A stretch of 64,000 bases of DNA from Octopus sinensis (taxonomy: Eukaryota): positions 14,012,001 to 14,076,000 of the forward strand of contig NC_043022.1 in the NCBI RefSeq assembly GCF_006345805.1. The letters are read 5' to 3'. The notes under the pieces were generated by a model. It was not told where the DNA came from. It was given only the letters and a program-made list of their open reading frames with translations, and ran no database searches. Position 1 is the first letter of the stretch, and every line of letters starts with the position of its first letter. This document shows positions 40,301 to 49,707 of this stretch, piece after piece. A program made the translations under genes and the position numbers.

Positions 40301-40874
40301 AGGACACCTATCCTTCCATTGTAAATAATGAACACATAAATGTAAATTTAGTATCTAAAAAGAGAAGCTATAGGTTTTAAAGTTTGTGTTTTAAATATTC
40401 TCTTTGCCAGTGATTTTTAAAAGAAATATTCATATCTGAAGGCCAGATGACTTCTGAAATTGTATGTACGTGCATACATATGCATATATGTTTGTAGGTA
40501 CAAGAGATCAGCTGAGCTGCAGATGTAAATATCTATTTAAAAATCAATGAGAAAGAATATTCACAAAGAATATCTTCAAAACCTATATATATGAAGCACC
40601 AGCGCTACAAGATGATGCATGACTAATTCAAATCGATGTAAATTAACAAGCATTTGACGAAGAAATCTGAATGCTAACGAGTTAAATTGGTTCAATATTG
40701 TATATAAGACATGAAAATTAGCATTTTTTTTGTCTTTTGAGAATATCTACTTACTTCTGTAACTAAACAGGTCTTGCCCACAGACGGTTGACCATAAACT
40801 TGGAGCAGTCGGTGCTTTGATTTGAGAAAATTGCGAAGGAATGTTTTCTCTGATTCGCGTCCAATTAAATTCAT
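602..40874 (-). CDS. Multi-exon STAND (NB-ARC-like) NTPase - TPR - tandem-repeat-tail protein (NLR-like), about 1762 aa, 10 coding exons
   Basis: Exon lengths 120, 960, 154, 148, 110, 114, 144, 112, 262 and 3163(+2) nt join in one frame via GT-AG junctions (phases 0,0,1,2,1,1,1,2,0). Motifs: LIGRE pre-P-loop, Walker A GQPSVGKT, Walker B LLVADN, GxP-like CNGVP, winged-helix LSYFPGRFS and LMKQGLI, then TPRs such as HPYTALVMWNIG and HPAVCYMLNNVG. Two 1-nt deletions (1585 and 1416) interrupt the last exon in this sequence. Confidence 0.88.
700..2140 (-). repeat. Coding minisatellite: 17 subunits of 90 nt (type A, 7 copies) or 81 nt (type B, 10 copies)
   Basis: A = YPEQMPKDQREFGQVPTDTGYQRHSVTHTR; B = YSEQMQRESGHFQADTGYQSHLATYTK; counted by hand from the translation. 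Confidence 0.95.
4044..4612 (-). mobile_element. 5'-truncated RTE 3' UTR copy; related copies at about 1-135, 6208, 10565, 16135, 20267, 21975, 23050, 31165, 38184, 39570, 46630, 47215 (+) and 48418
   Basis: Matches the 3' end of the RTE at 55377-55950 (catcatcgtttaacgtcc...ggatgcccttcctaacgccaaccactc...tttttacgtgccacc). Confidence 0.85.
5908..6169 (-). CDS. Coding exon 9: last TPRs (GCCEEALPFLCEANSL...AEVKIWLAHCLHLVGDKSEAERVLLEAL...)
   Basis: Acceptor ccatattgcag|A GGC (phase 2); donor CAG|GTAAGC (phase 0). Confidence 0.9.
6381..7650. repeat. 62-bp minisatellite, about 20.5 copies, inside an RTE tail
   Basis: Unit tgtgccaccagcacaggggccagagtacgctgacaaacagccatgatcggttggtactttta; starts at 6381, 6443 ... 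7621. Confidence 0.97.
10783..11012 (+). mobile_element. SINE family B; other copies at about 5335(-), 15293(-), 28545(+), 30360(-), 41065(-), 45590(+), 53385(-), 60730(+), 62600(+)
   Basis: ggcgagctggcagaa..ttagcacgccgggcgaaatg...gttcaaattccgccgaggtcgactttgcctttcatcctttcggggtcgat... recurring many times; the 60730 copy has a 14-bp TSD. Confidence 0.88.
11734..12136. mobile_element. Merlin-like MITE; related copies at about 19810-20205 and 43445-43780
   Basis: 28-bp perfect TIR GGATCTTTTCGGTTTGAACGGCAGTTTT; 8-bp TSD CAGAATTT (11726-11733 and 12137-12144). Confidence 0.75.
13081..13192 (-). CDS. Coding exon 8: TPR (LALNFLHEAKEIRTRTGWVHPYTALVMWNIGMVTMR)
   Basis: Acceptor ctctttcactag|AT TTA; donor GAGAAA|GTAAGA (phase 2); kinesin-light-chain-like long TPR pattern. 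Confidence 0.9.
13713..14265 (-). mobile_element. Two tandem CR1-like LINE 3' ends with (CTTAA)n tails; a third copy at 16286-16480
   Basis: LYLRRFHLNxRRGAFSVRVxDPWNKLPDExVKMPTTARFKVSLD translation; ttaag repeats on the plus strand. Confidence 0.8.
15683..16078 (+). mobile_element. tRNA-derived SINE family A (octopus-type); other copies at about 12481(-), 14815(-), 26461(+), 27678(+), 37378(+), 38695(-), 49715(-), 54318(+), 63490(-)
   Basis: Head ggcgcaggagtggctgtgtggtaag...ggttcagtcccactg (A/B-box-like), ccttgggcaagtgtctt core, internal (TA/TG)n, (AGTAAAAG)n tail; more than 10 similar copies in the window. Confidence 0.9.
17040..17500. repeat. Degenerate (GAT)n tract in the intron just after exon 7
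   Basis: Direct reading; source of the poly-Asp and poly-Met ORFs. Confidence 0.9.
17593..17736 (-). CDS. Coding exon 7: TPR (GGLPNLALQFYLSSL...LCNVAGQFSKNKLRH), symmetric phase 1-1
   Basis: Acceptor tactcttcgcag|CT GGT; donor CATG|GTAAGT. Confidence 0.88.
18658..18771 (-). CDS. Coding exon 6: TPR (NHSKAGQVLHEQL...HPAVCYMLNNVGLNIER), symmetric phase 1-1
   Basis: Long polypyrimidine acceptor ttcttccctcag|GA AAC; donor CGCT|GTAAGA; typical TPR helix-A motif HP.v..mLNNvG. Confidence 0.88.
20680..21757. mobile_element. piggyBac-like non-autonomous element; shorter relatives at 35020-35247 and about 44660-45302
   Basis: TTAA-CCCTTTCGTTAC ... GTAACGAAAGGG-TTAA terminal inverted repeats with TTAA at both ends. 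Confidence 0.8.
22886..22995 (-). CDS. Coding exon 5: TPR (AAEKALETT...HAKIYSYVHLTHNLIFA); absent from the ORF track
   Basis: Acceptor ctcttcattaag|G GCT; donor GCTG|GTGAGT; phase 2 in, phase 1 out; completes GKLEKGIRAAEKAL. Confidence 0.85.
23440..24775. repeat. About 30-bp minisatellite with higher-order organisation, interrupted by a SINE fragment (about 24190-24440)
   Basis: Alternating variants cataaacatccacaatgacccatgtatgt / cataaacaccaacagtgatctgtgtaagt. Confidence 0.9.
24807..24954 (-). CDS. Coding exon 4: TPR (SLAVKEAQWHFKSALRIL...YNYMSLNYYRQGKLEKGI)
   Basis: Acceptor aattttgcag|GT AGT; donor ATAAG|GTATTA (phase 2). Confidence 0.88.
25740..26115 (+). mobile_element. tRNA-derived SINE family C (A box TGGCCCAGTGG, B box GGTTTCGATTCC) with a conserved central body
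   Basis: Head shared with 59265-59060 and 61712-61396; body shared with the palindrome arms at 51730-51927 and 52085-52265. Confidence 0.8.
27084..27478 (+). mobile_element. Non-autonomous Helitron; other copies at 50764-51162(-), 51175-51469(-), about 52320-52707(+), 59767-60165(-)
   Basis: 5' TC(T/C)TATATATAAA and 3' GC-rich hairpin (CCCG...CGGG) followed by CTAG, between A and T, no TSD. Confidence 0.75.
29170..29790. repeat. GA-rich polypurine tract with internal duplications; similar tracts at 13200-13710 and 34150-34540
   Basis: Direct reading. Confidence 0.9.
30907..31060 (-). CDS. Coding exon 3: first TPR-like helices (VAVEARSIINLCYPEAATEFFKAIL...)
   Basis: Acceptor cttcctatatag|GTT GCT; donor AGAA|GTAAAA (phase 1); phase matches both neighbours. 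Confidence 0.85.
32104..32377. repeat. Near-perfect 274-bp hairpin (about 130-bp arms, 12-nt loop)
   Basis: gttgtgtctggggagagtcattctc...gtcttga [aagactattgag] tcaagac...gagaatgactctccccagacacaac. Confidence 0.95.
32456..33550 (+). mobile_element. R4/Dong-like (restriction-like endonuclease) non-LTR 3' fragment with 4 tandem copies of its 3' end and (GAA)n tails
   Basis: KCFLINASMP...EKLSKYKDL...IPIIVGALG...GTAHILRRTL; starts immediately after (AAT)n; gcactgcacacatcctacg recurs at about 32697, 32903, 33103 and 33417. Confidence 0.8.
35484..36443 (-). CDS. Coding exon 2: remainder of NB-ARC, HD1 and winged helix (320 aa)
   Basis: Acceptor catgtttcag|ATC TTG AAT; donor TGCAAG|GTATGT; lies within the 354-aa ORF; Walker B LLVADN, GVP, LSYFP, LMKQGLI, WENF motifs. 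Confidence 0.92.
40755..40874 (-). CDS. Coding exon 1: start codon and P-loop (MNLIGRESEK...GQPSVGKTCLVTE)
   Basis: ATG at 40874; 40 codons; donor GAA|GTAAGT at 40754 (phase 0); pyrimidine-rich acceptor ...ctcttttag at 40966 for the same exon. Confidence 0.85.
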
Positions 40875-40945
40875 CCTCCTGAAGTTGATCGCTGTGTTTT
40901 GGCCATTTCAGACAAAATATTTCACAACTTTCTGTTGGGCCTCAT
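40871..40945 (-). promoter_or_regulatory. Two upstream ORFs in the 5' UTR (MRPNRKL*, 40945-40922; MAKTQRSTSGG*, 40906-40871, whose stop overlaps the main ATG as ATGA)
   Basis: Read directly: aaATGGCC...GGAGGATGAAT; an in-frame TGA (40910-40908) precedes the main ATG. Confidence 0.6.
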
Positions 40946-41015
40946 TCAAAGAGTCGAGCACGGATCTAAAAGAGGAGAAAAGTTGAGAGTGAGGAAAAAG
41001 AAAATGAAAACAAAC

Positions 41016-41056
<41 letters not shown>

Positions 41057-42582
41057 CCGTTCTTATTTCTTTATTGCCCACAAGGGGCTACACACAGAGG
41101 GAACAAACAAGGGCAGACAAAGGAATTAAGTCGATTACATCGACCCCAGTGCATAACTGATATTTAATCGACTCTGAAAGGATAAAAGGCAAAGTTGACT
41201 TTGGTAGAATTTGAACTCAGACCGTAACAGCAGATGAAATACCTATTTCTTTATTACCCACAAGGGGCTAAACATAGAGGAGACAAACAAGGACAGACAT
41301 AGGTATTAAGTTGATTACATCAACCCCAGTGCATAACTAGAACTAAATTTATCGACCCCGAAAGGATGAAAGGCAAAGTTGACTTTGGCAGAATTTGAAC
41401 TCAGAATGTAATAGCAGATGAAATACTGCTAAGCATTTCGCCTGGAGGGCTAACGTTTCTGCCAGCTCGCTGCCTTCCTACTACACTTTAATAATAATCC
41501 TTTCTACTACAGGTGAAAAGGCCTGAAATTTTGGTGGAGAGGGCCAGTCGATAAGATCAACCCCCAGTACGCAACTGGTACTTAATTTATCTACCCTGAA
41601 AGGATGAAAGGTAAAGTCGACCTCGGTGGAATTTGAACTCAGACCATAGCGATGGGTGAAATACCACTGAACATTTTGTCCAGTGTGCTAAAAGTCCTGC
41701 CAGCTAGCTGCCTTAATAATAATAATAATAATAATAAAGATAATAATAAAGATGGTTTCAAATTTTGCCACAAGGACAGTCATTTTGGGAGAAAGGATGT
41801 GCTGATTACATTGACCCCAATGTCAAACTGGTACTTAATTTATTGACCCTGAAAAGATGAAAGGCAAAGTCGACCTCAGTGGAATTTGAACACGGAACAT
41901 AACGACAGGTGAAATACCGCTAAGCATTACGCCCAGCGTGCTAGCGATTCTGCCAGCTCACCACCTTAATAATAATAGTAATAATAATTAATTCTTTTAT
42001 TGGCCACAAGGGCTGACAAACATGATTGGAAAACATAAAGGGACAAAACAGGACGAAAGGTTACAAAAGGTTTTGTCTGTTTTTTGAAAGAAAAAAAAAG
42101 GGCCGTGTAAACAAACTTTATAACAACGAAAAATCAACAATTTACAAAACTCCCAATAGAGGAAACGCTTCAAAAAAAAGAAAAGGTCTCACGTGGAAAA
42201 ACCCCATAAAAGCAACGGGAGCCTGGTCAAAAGGTGGGGTAGAGAGCCCCTTTCTCCTTTTATAATACCTTTTTCAATTACAGGCAAAACCTCAGAATTG
42301 GTCCATTTGTACTGGCCATTCTTGCACAATTCACCCACCTTTCAGAAAACTTGCCATCAGACAGCACTCTCCTCTCTAACCTCATAATAATAATGATAAT
42401 TCTCTCTACTATAGGCACAAAGCCTGGAATTTTGTGGAGAGGGGGACAACTGATCACATCGACCCCAAAAGGATGAAAGGCAAAGTCAACCTTGGAGGAA
42501 TTTGAACACAGAATGTAACGACAGGTGAAATACTGTTTAAGCATTTCGTCCAGTGTGCTAATGATTCTGCCAGCTTGCTGCC

Positions 42583-43010
<428 letters not shown>

Positions 43011-43305
43011 TACCTAACTCAGATACCAGGAAACCCCAAAATGGCAGAAATTCAAAAGATAGTGCTCATGGGAACTGCTCATATCCTACGCAAAATACTT
43101 TCTATGTAATCTCAAGGTTCAAAACACAAACATTTTTTTTTTTTTTTTTTTTAGACATCCACCAGCACAACACAAAAAAACCCCAAATATATGGCACACT
43201 AGGCATAACAACAACGTGAACTTCCAACCTGTTGTCTCTTGAGGCCTCCGGGTGAGACTTGGAGCCAACTTGTACAAATAATAAAGCAAAAGTCAAAAAT
43301 ATAAT
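43011..43305 (+). mobile_element. R4/Dong-like 3' fragment embedded in (AAT)n
   Basis: YLTQIPGNPKMAEIQKIVLMGTAHILRKILSM*, flanked on both sides by (AAT)n. Confidence 0.7.
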
Positions 43306-43799
43306 AATAATAATAATGATGATGATGATGATGATGATGATAATCTTTAATCTTTTACTTGTTTCGGTCTTTGGACTACAGCCTTGCTGGGGCACTCTCT
43401 CGTGGATTTAGTTGGGTGAACCAGTGGTTCATAAGTGGGGGTCCATATAAGATTTTTGGGGGGTCTACAAAACAAAATAGTAAACTGGAGATGCACAATA
43501 GTATTTTAAGGGTTCCTGATAAAATTTTGTTGTTTCTTAAAGGAGGGACATATTCGTACAGCACGGAATGTTTTCACCCCAAATAGACTCCAGCGATTGG
43601 TTAAAATTGCCGAAATGCTCGAAATTTCAGATAAAATATCTTACAAACTATAGAATTTTCTCAATAAAGCCAAGAAAAAAATGATGTTTTATAAACACAT
43701 TCTACCAGTATACGAAGTTTAAAAGTGTTTAGTTAACTAGAAATTATGTTGACACCTGCCGTTCAAAAGGAAAAGATCCTAATTTTTTTAAAAACAAAA

Positions 43800-44330
43800 A
43801 AAAACACAAAGTAAGGATCGACTAGTCACGACTGGCTAGAGCGGATGCGCAGGTACGCGAGTGCGCGCACCGGGACCACTCTTCTTAAGTGGTACCTGAG
43901 AATCAAAACAGAGGCAACACGTACCTGTGTTTATGGAGCGAGCCTGAAAAATGCATCCCTATAAGTTGGATAGTCCCGTTCGATCAACGTTGGTTTTAGC
44001 TCCCTATTAAAAAAACAGACCCTTGTAATCCTCAAATTCAGCGCAACTCAACGTTTTGCAAAAAAAAAAAAAAATAAAAATAATAATAAAAAAAATAAAA
44101 AGACGGACGGAAGAATCACCGTCTTCGAAAACTTCGAGCAACTTTTGTCTCTGTGTTGGTTAATCACACACCTCTCTCTCTCTCTCTCTCACTCGACGGC
44201 AAGCAAGTGTTGGTTACAAGACAAGGCTTACCTCAGTCGTGCAGCCACATGGTATACTTATAGCAAAGTAGGTTTGTGGTTATGTTTCGTCACCACACCC
44301 ACCCTCACGTGGTAGATAAACCATACTTGA
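43800..44330 (-). promoter_or_regulatory. CpG-rich candidate promoter / non-coding first exon of the STAND-TPR gene
   Basis: Local CpG enrichment (gcggatgcgcaggtacgcgagtgcgcgcaccgg) in non-repetitive sequence; strong minus-strand donors GAG|GTAAGC (44231) and CAG|GTACGT (43924). Confidence 0.45.
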
Positions 44331-46267
44331 TTAAACATCCTCTATGAATGTCTTCTGTGACATTTCCAGTTTTAATCACACTGAATAGTTCGTTAGCCAC
44401 AGAGAACTACTTGCACTAAGTGTAGCCCAGTCATTTACGGAATCGTTTGTCCATTTATTCATTCTACATGCAAATTACATGTTTGTTTCAAATAGGAATC
44501 ACTCCCGTTTACACATTAGAAATAGGTCTACATAAGTCATACTAACTACCACATTCTCTCTCTCTCACTCTCACTCACTCTTCCTTCTCACACACGAAGA
44601 GTGTCAGGGCTAAAACTCAACCAGATATTTCAAGCATTTTAATAGTAATTTTTTTTTACTGCCTTCATATCTTTTACCCACTTGTTACTATATTTCTGTT
44701 GAGATGCTCTGTATTTCTTTCAATTGATTGTAAATGTAACAAAGAATTTAGTAAAATAACTTAGTTATCATTCAGCTAGTGTTAGGAACATAAATTGTGA
44801 TTAAGGTTTGGTGGGAGATTTTTAATTCAAAACTTAGGAAAACAAGACATTTGTTACCATATTTCTGTTGAGATGCTCTGTGTTTCTTTCAATTGATTTT
44901 AAATATAACAAAGAATTTAGCAAAACAACTTAGTTATCATTCAGCTAGTGTTAGGAACATAAATTGTGATTAAGGTTTGGTGGAAGATTTTAATTCAAAA
45001 CTTTTGTAAACTTGAGAGCCAGAGCTGGTTTCAGCCAGGTTGGTAACGAAAGGATTAAGAATTGTTTCTCTATTGTATCTTTTAACCCTTTTGTTACCCT
45101 ATTTCTGTTGAGATGCTCTGTATTTCTTTCAATTAATTTAAAATCTAATAAAGAATTTAGTGAAATAAATTATCATTAAGCTAGTGTTAAGAACATTGTG
45201 ACTAAGATTTGGTGGAAGATTTTAATTCAAAACTTAGGGAGACAAAACATTTGTACTACAGAGCGAGAGGCAGTTTCAGCCAGGTTGGTATCGAAAGGGT
45301 TAAGGTGTATCTATTAGGCATCTGGTTTTCAACATTTCTGTTATGGCCTAGAAGATTTGGATGAATAGAAGAGGACTGAGACCCAAACAATGATGTACTC
45401 CTACCTGCACACTGTACTCCTTACTAAACTCTTACTAACTCTCACCTTACTGACAGCATCCTTGTACAAAGCTTGTATGGCTGTCACAAGCCATTCATCT
45501 ACCCCTAGCTACTTCAGGGATAACCTGGTCACAGACCAAAGTAACTTATTGTCATTGATTAGTTATATACATGTGAAGAAGGTGGTGAGCTGGCAGAAAC
45601 GTTGGGATGCCGGGCGAAATGCGTAACCGTATTTTGTTGGTCGTTACGTTCAGAGTTCAAATTCCGCCGAGGCCAACTTTGCCTTTCATCCTTTCGGGGT
45701 CGATAAATTAAGTACCAGTTACGCACTGGAGTTGATATAATCGACTTAGTCCGTTTGTCTGTCCCCTCTGTGTTTAGCCCCTTGTGGGTAGCAAAGAAAT
45801 AAGAAACGTAAGCACGCCGGGCGAAATGCGTAGCCGTATTTCGTCTGTCGTTACGTCCTGAGTTCAAATTCCGCCAACTTCACAGCCCTGTATTTAATAG
45901 TAAGTTTTATTTCACTGCACGAGTAATATTTAAGTTGGTCATGAATTATAAAGTTTATCCATTATCCATTCAACACAATTAAAAGAATAATTCTGTAGCC
46001 TTCCCAATCAGTTGATTACAAAAACTGTACAGAAGCTTGCCAAAACAGAAGAAAATATTCACATTAGATTCATTTGGCCAGCTAAATCCTTATCCAAACT
46101 GAGCTGACAGTTGTGGAAATGTCTATCACAAAGACAAGACAGTGTGTGTAGCAGGTTCATAGGTTAATATGCATTCGGGAAATCGGCACAAAAAGCTAGC
46201 CTTGAAGAGAAAAGCTCCAATCTTTTTTTGCCTTTGGGCCTACTTTTTATGATAAAAAATCCCACGC

Positions 46268-46750
46268 CTACTGCTGACCCTCTTCTGGAATGTAAACCCC
46301 AAGAATTAGTAATTGCTTCCACATGCCAGCTACATGTGCAGGTACAATCACTGAAAAGATTGCAACAATGTGATGAAATAATTATTTGAGAAAAAAAAAA
46401 GAAAGAAGAAATAACAACACTAACAATACTGAACAATAACAATAAAGGAGTGAACCAGTGTTCATGCGTGTGTTTATTATTGCTAGCATAATGCCCCTCC
46501 CAAAGGTTCAATAGTATTTCTTTCAACACATGACTTCACATCAGGAATCTTGCTGACTAAATACAAATGTAAATACATGCGTATATATATATACATATAT
46601 ATGTATTTGTATATATATGTATATATCATTATCATCATTTAACGTGCGATTTCCATGCATGGGTTGGATGATTTGACTGATGTCTGGCGAACCAGACGCC
46701 AATCTTGATCTGGCAGAGTTTCTACAGCTTGATGCCCTTCCTAACGCCAA

Positions 46751-46787
<37 letters not shown>

Positions 46788-46867
46788 TGTGTGTATGTGT
46801 ATATATATATATATATATAGGCGCAGGAGTGGCTGTGTCATATGTAGCTTGCTTATCAAAAACATGG

Positions 46868-46909
<42 letters not shown>

Positions 46910-47122
46910 GAACTCAAGAACTCTCCAGCCTGGCAAAACTGAGACTCTAGAAACACAATGTGTGTGTACACACACATACAGACACACATCTGTATGTATA
47001 TACACACACACACACACATATATACGCACATACACACACACACACACACACATATACGCACATATATACACACATATACATACACACACACATGCGTGTA
47101 TATATAAATATATACATACACA

Positions 47123-47188
<66 letters not shown>

Positions 47189-49666
47189 AATAAATATATG
47201 CAAATATATACACACATTCAAGCGAGTTGTTGCCAGTATCACCTGACTGGCCCTCGTGCCGGTGGCATGTAAAAGCATCCACTACACTCTCGGAGTGGTT
47301 GGCGTTAGGAAGGGCATCCAGCTGTAGAAACCCTGCCAGATCAAGATTGGAGCCTGGTGCAGCCATCTGGTTCGCCAATCTCTGTCAAATCGCCCAACCC
47401 ATGCTAGCATGGAACGCAGACGTTAAACGATGATGATGACACATACAGATACATGAACGCACACACACACCTACACCTACACCCTTCAACCAAGTTCTTG
47501 TTCAGGCTTCCCTTATCATCGATTATTTCATTATCACTCCCCCCTCCCAACATTTCCTTTCTAGCTGCAATATTCTGTCGCTGTATGGTGACCCCAATTT
47601 TCTTTCTCCCTTTCTCTCTTCACTCCACTCACATTTCACACTGATCACTCTTTTTGTGTTGCCAAATTGTCTCTCCTTGTAAACCACCATTCACCCCTCC
47701 ACCCACCCACCACCACATTATGTTGGCCCTCTCCCCTGCTCTCAACCTCCCCATGTCTACTCTATTACTTTCCGGGATACTTTTCACTCCTTTCTGTATT
47801 GTCAGTCATCACCTACTTTCCCCCCTTCTCCTCAAAGCATGCATCATCAATTACCCTCACCCTTGTTCCCTACTCACTACATCCAACCTCCAACACCACC
47901 CGATCTCTTCCCTTACCTCCCTCCATTATGCGTGTGTGTGTGTGTGTGTGTGTGTGTGACCATGTATCTCCTCATCTATTTCCAATCTCTTAACCATCCC
48001 TCACTTTCCTCGCACACTTGTAACTTCTACCTACCTCATTCCCTCTGCTTCTATCCTCACAGCAAGAATCCTCACCCTCTTTCATATGTTAACCTCACAT
48101 CTCGCATAAAGCTGTCTCCTGCTCTACTGTGACCCCCACCAAGTCAAAGGAGATCTTAGTTTTGTAAGCTGCATGGTGACCTTGTTATTGCTGGGGCCAT
48201 GAATTGGTATTAGGAAGGGCATTGAGCTACAGAAAGCCTGCTAAAGCAAACACTGGAGCACAATGCAGTCCTTAAACCCATTGGATCCTGCCAAACTATC
48301 CAGCCCATGCCGGCATGGAAGATGGACATTAAAAAATTATGGAGTTCAGTACATGTTTCTTTATTTCACAGGGTTTTCAGAGTGGGGGACACGTTGTTCA
48401 TTATCCTAAGTCTACTATCATCATCATCATCATTTAACATCCGCTTTCCATCCTAGCATGGGTTGGATGAATGATTGAGGGCTGGTGAACCACATGGCTG
48501 CACCAGGCTTCAATCTTGATCTGGCAGAGTTTCTACAGCTGGATGCCCTTTCTAACGCCAACCACTCCGAGAGTGTAGTGAGTGCTTTTACGTGCCACCG
48601 GCACGGGGCCAGTCAGGCGGTTCTGGCAACGGCCTCGCTTGAATCTTTTACACATTCCACCGGCACAGGGGCCAGTAAGGTGATGCTGGTAACGATCACG
48701 CTCGAATGGTGTTTTACGTGCCACCGGCTATCAGTATGTTAATTTTCATGTTGTGTGACAAAGCCGAGTTCCTGTGAACAGCTTCGAAATATGTTGTATA
48801 TGAGTGGTAACTTTACCAGTGAGTGTGTTAAATTATAAGGCACAAAAAGAAAATGACTCCCCCCAGACACAACAAAATATGCTTTAAGACACAAACTCAC
48901 ATAAAGAATCTTGCAAACCAAATCCCAAAACGAAATATATATATAGTGTTACTAGCTTTTAAGCTACTGACCCCGAATGGGAAGATCTGCAAACAGATCT
49001 CTGATTTGTTTTGGAGAATTTGTTATAATTGCTTCCTCCAGAGTCATATCCCAATGATGATCAAATTCGTCGCAAAAAAAATCACCGAAAATAATCGCTG
49101 GATTTCACAATTAATTTTGATTATCCCTAAAATTCATTTCCAAGTTATAAAATTTGTTATCGTACAAGAAAATTTGTTGCAAAAAAAAAAATCATGTAAA
49201 AAAAAAAGAAAGAAAAAAAATCGCCAAAAACAATCGCGGTAATGTTTTTAATTTACTCATGGAGCCAGCCTGATTCCAAAATGGTATGATATATTGGGCT
49301 ACGGCCTCTAGGAGTAAAGTTGGAAAAGTGTGACACACTGACACACACATTTATTATATTAAACATAGATATAAAAAAAATAGAGAAGAAATATAGTGGA
49401 TACTTATTTAATTATGTTCCTTTAAATTTTATTTGTATTACATTATTTGATATGTTTCCATCGTGATATAAATAAAATTAAATAAGTATCCGCTATATTT
49501 CTTCTCCATTTTCATATATTTATTTAACTCAATATTGGACAGTTTAATCCCTTTATATTGAGGAACTTCCTCACAATATATAAATCAATAACACCAGTTG
49601 ATATCTGGATCTTAAAATTCTTTAACGAGGAAATTGCATCCTCAATTTTGACAGTGTATATATATG

Positions 49667-49707
<41 letters not shown>

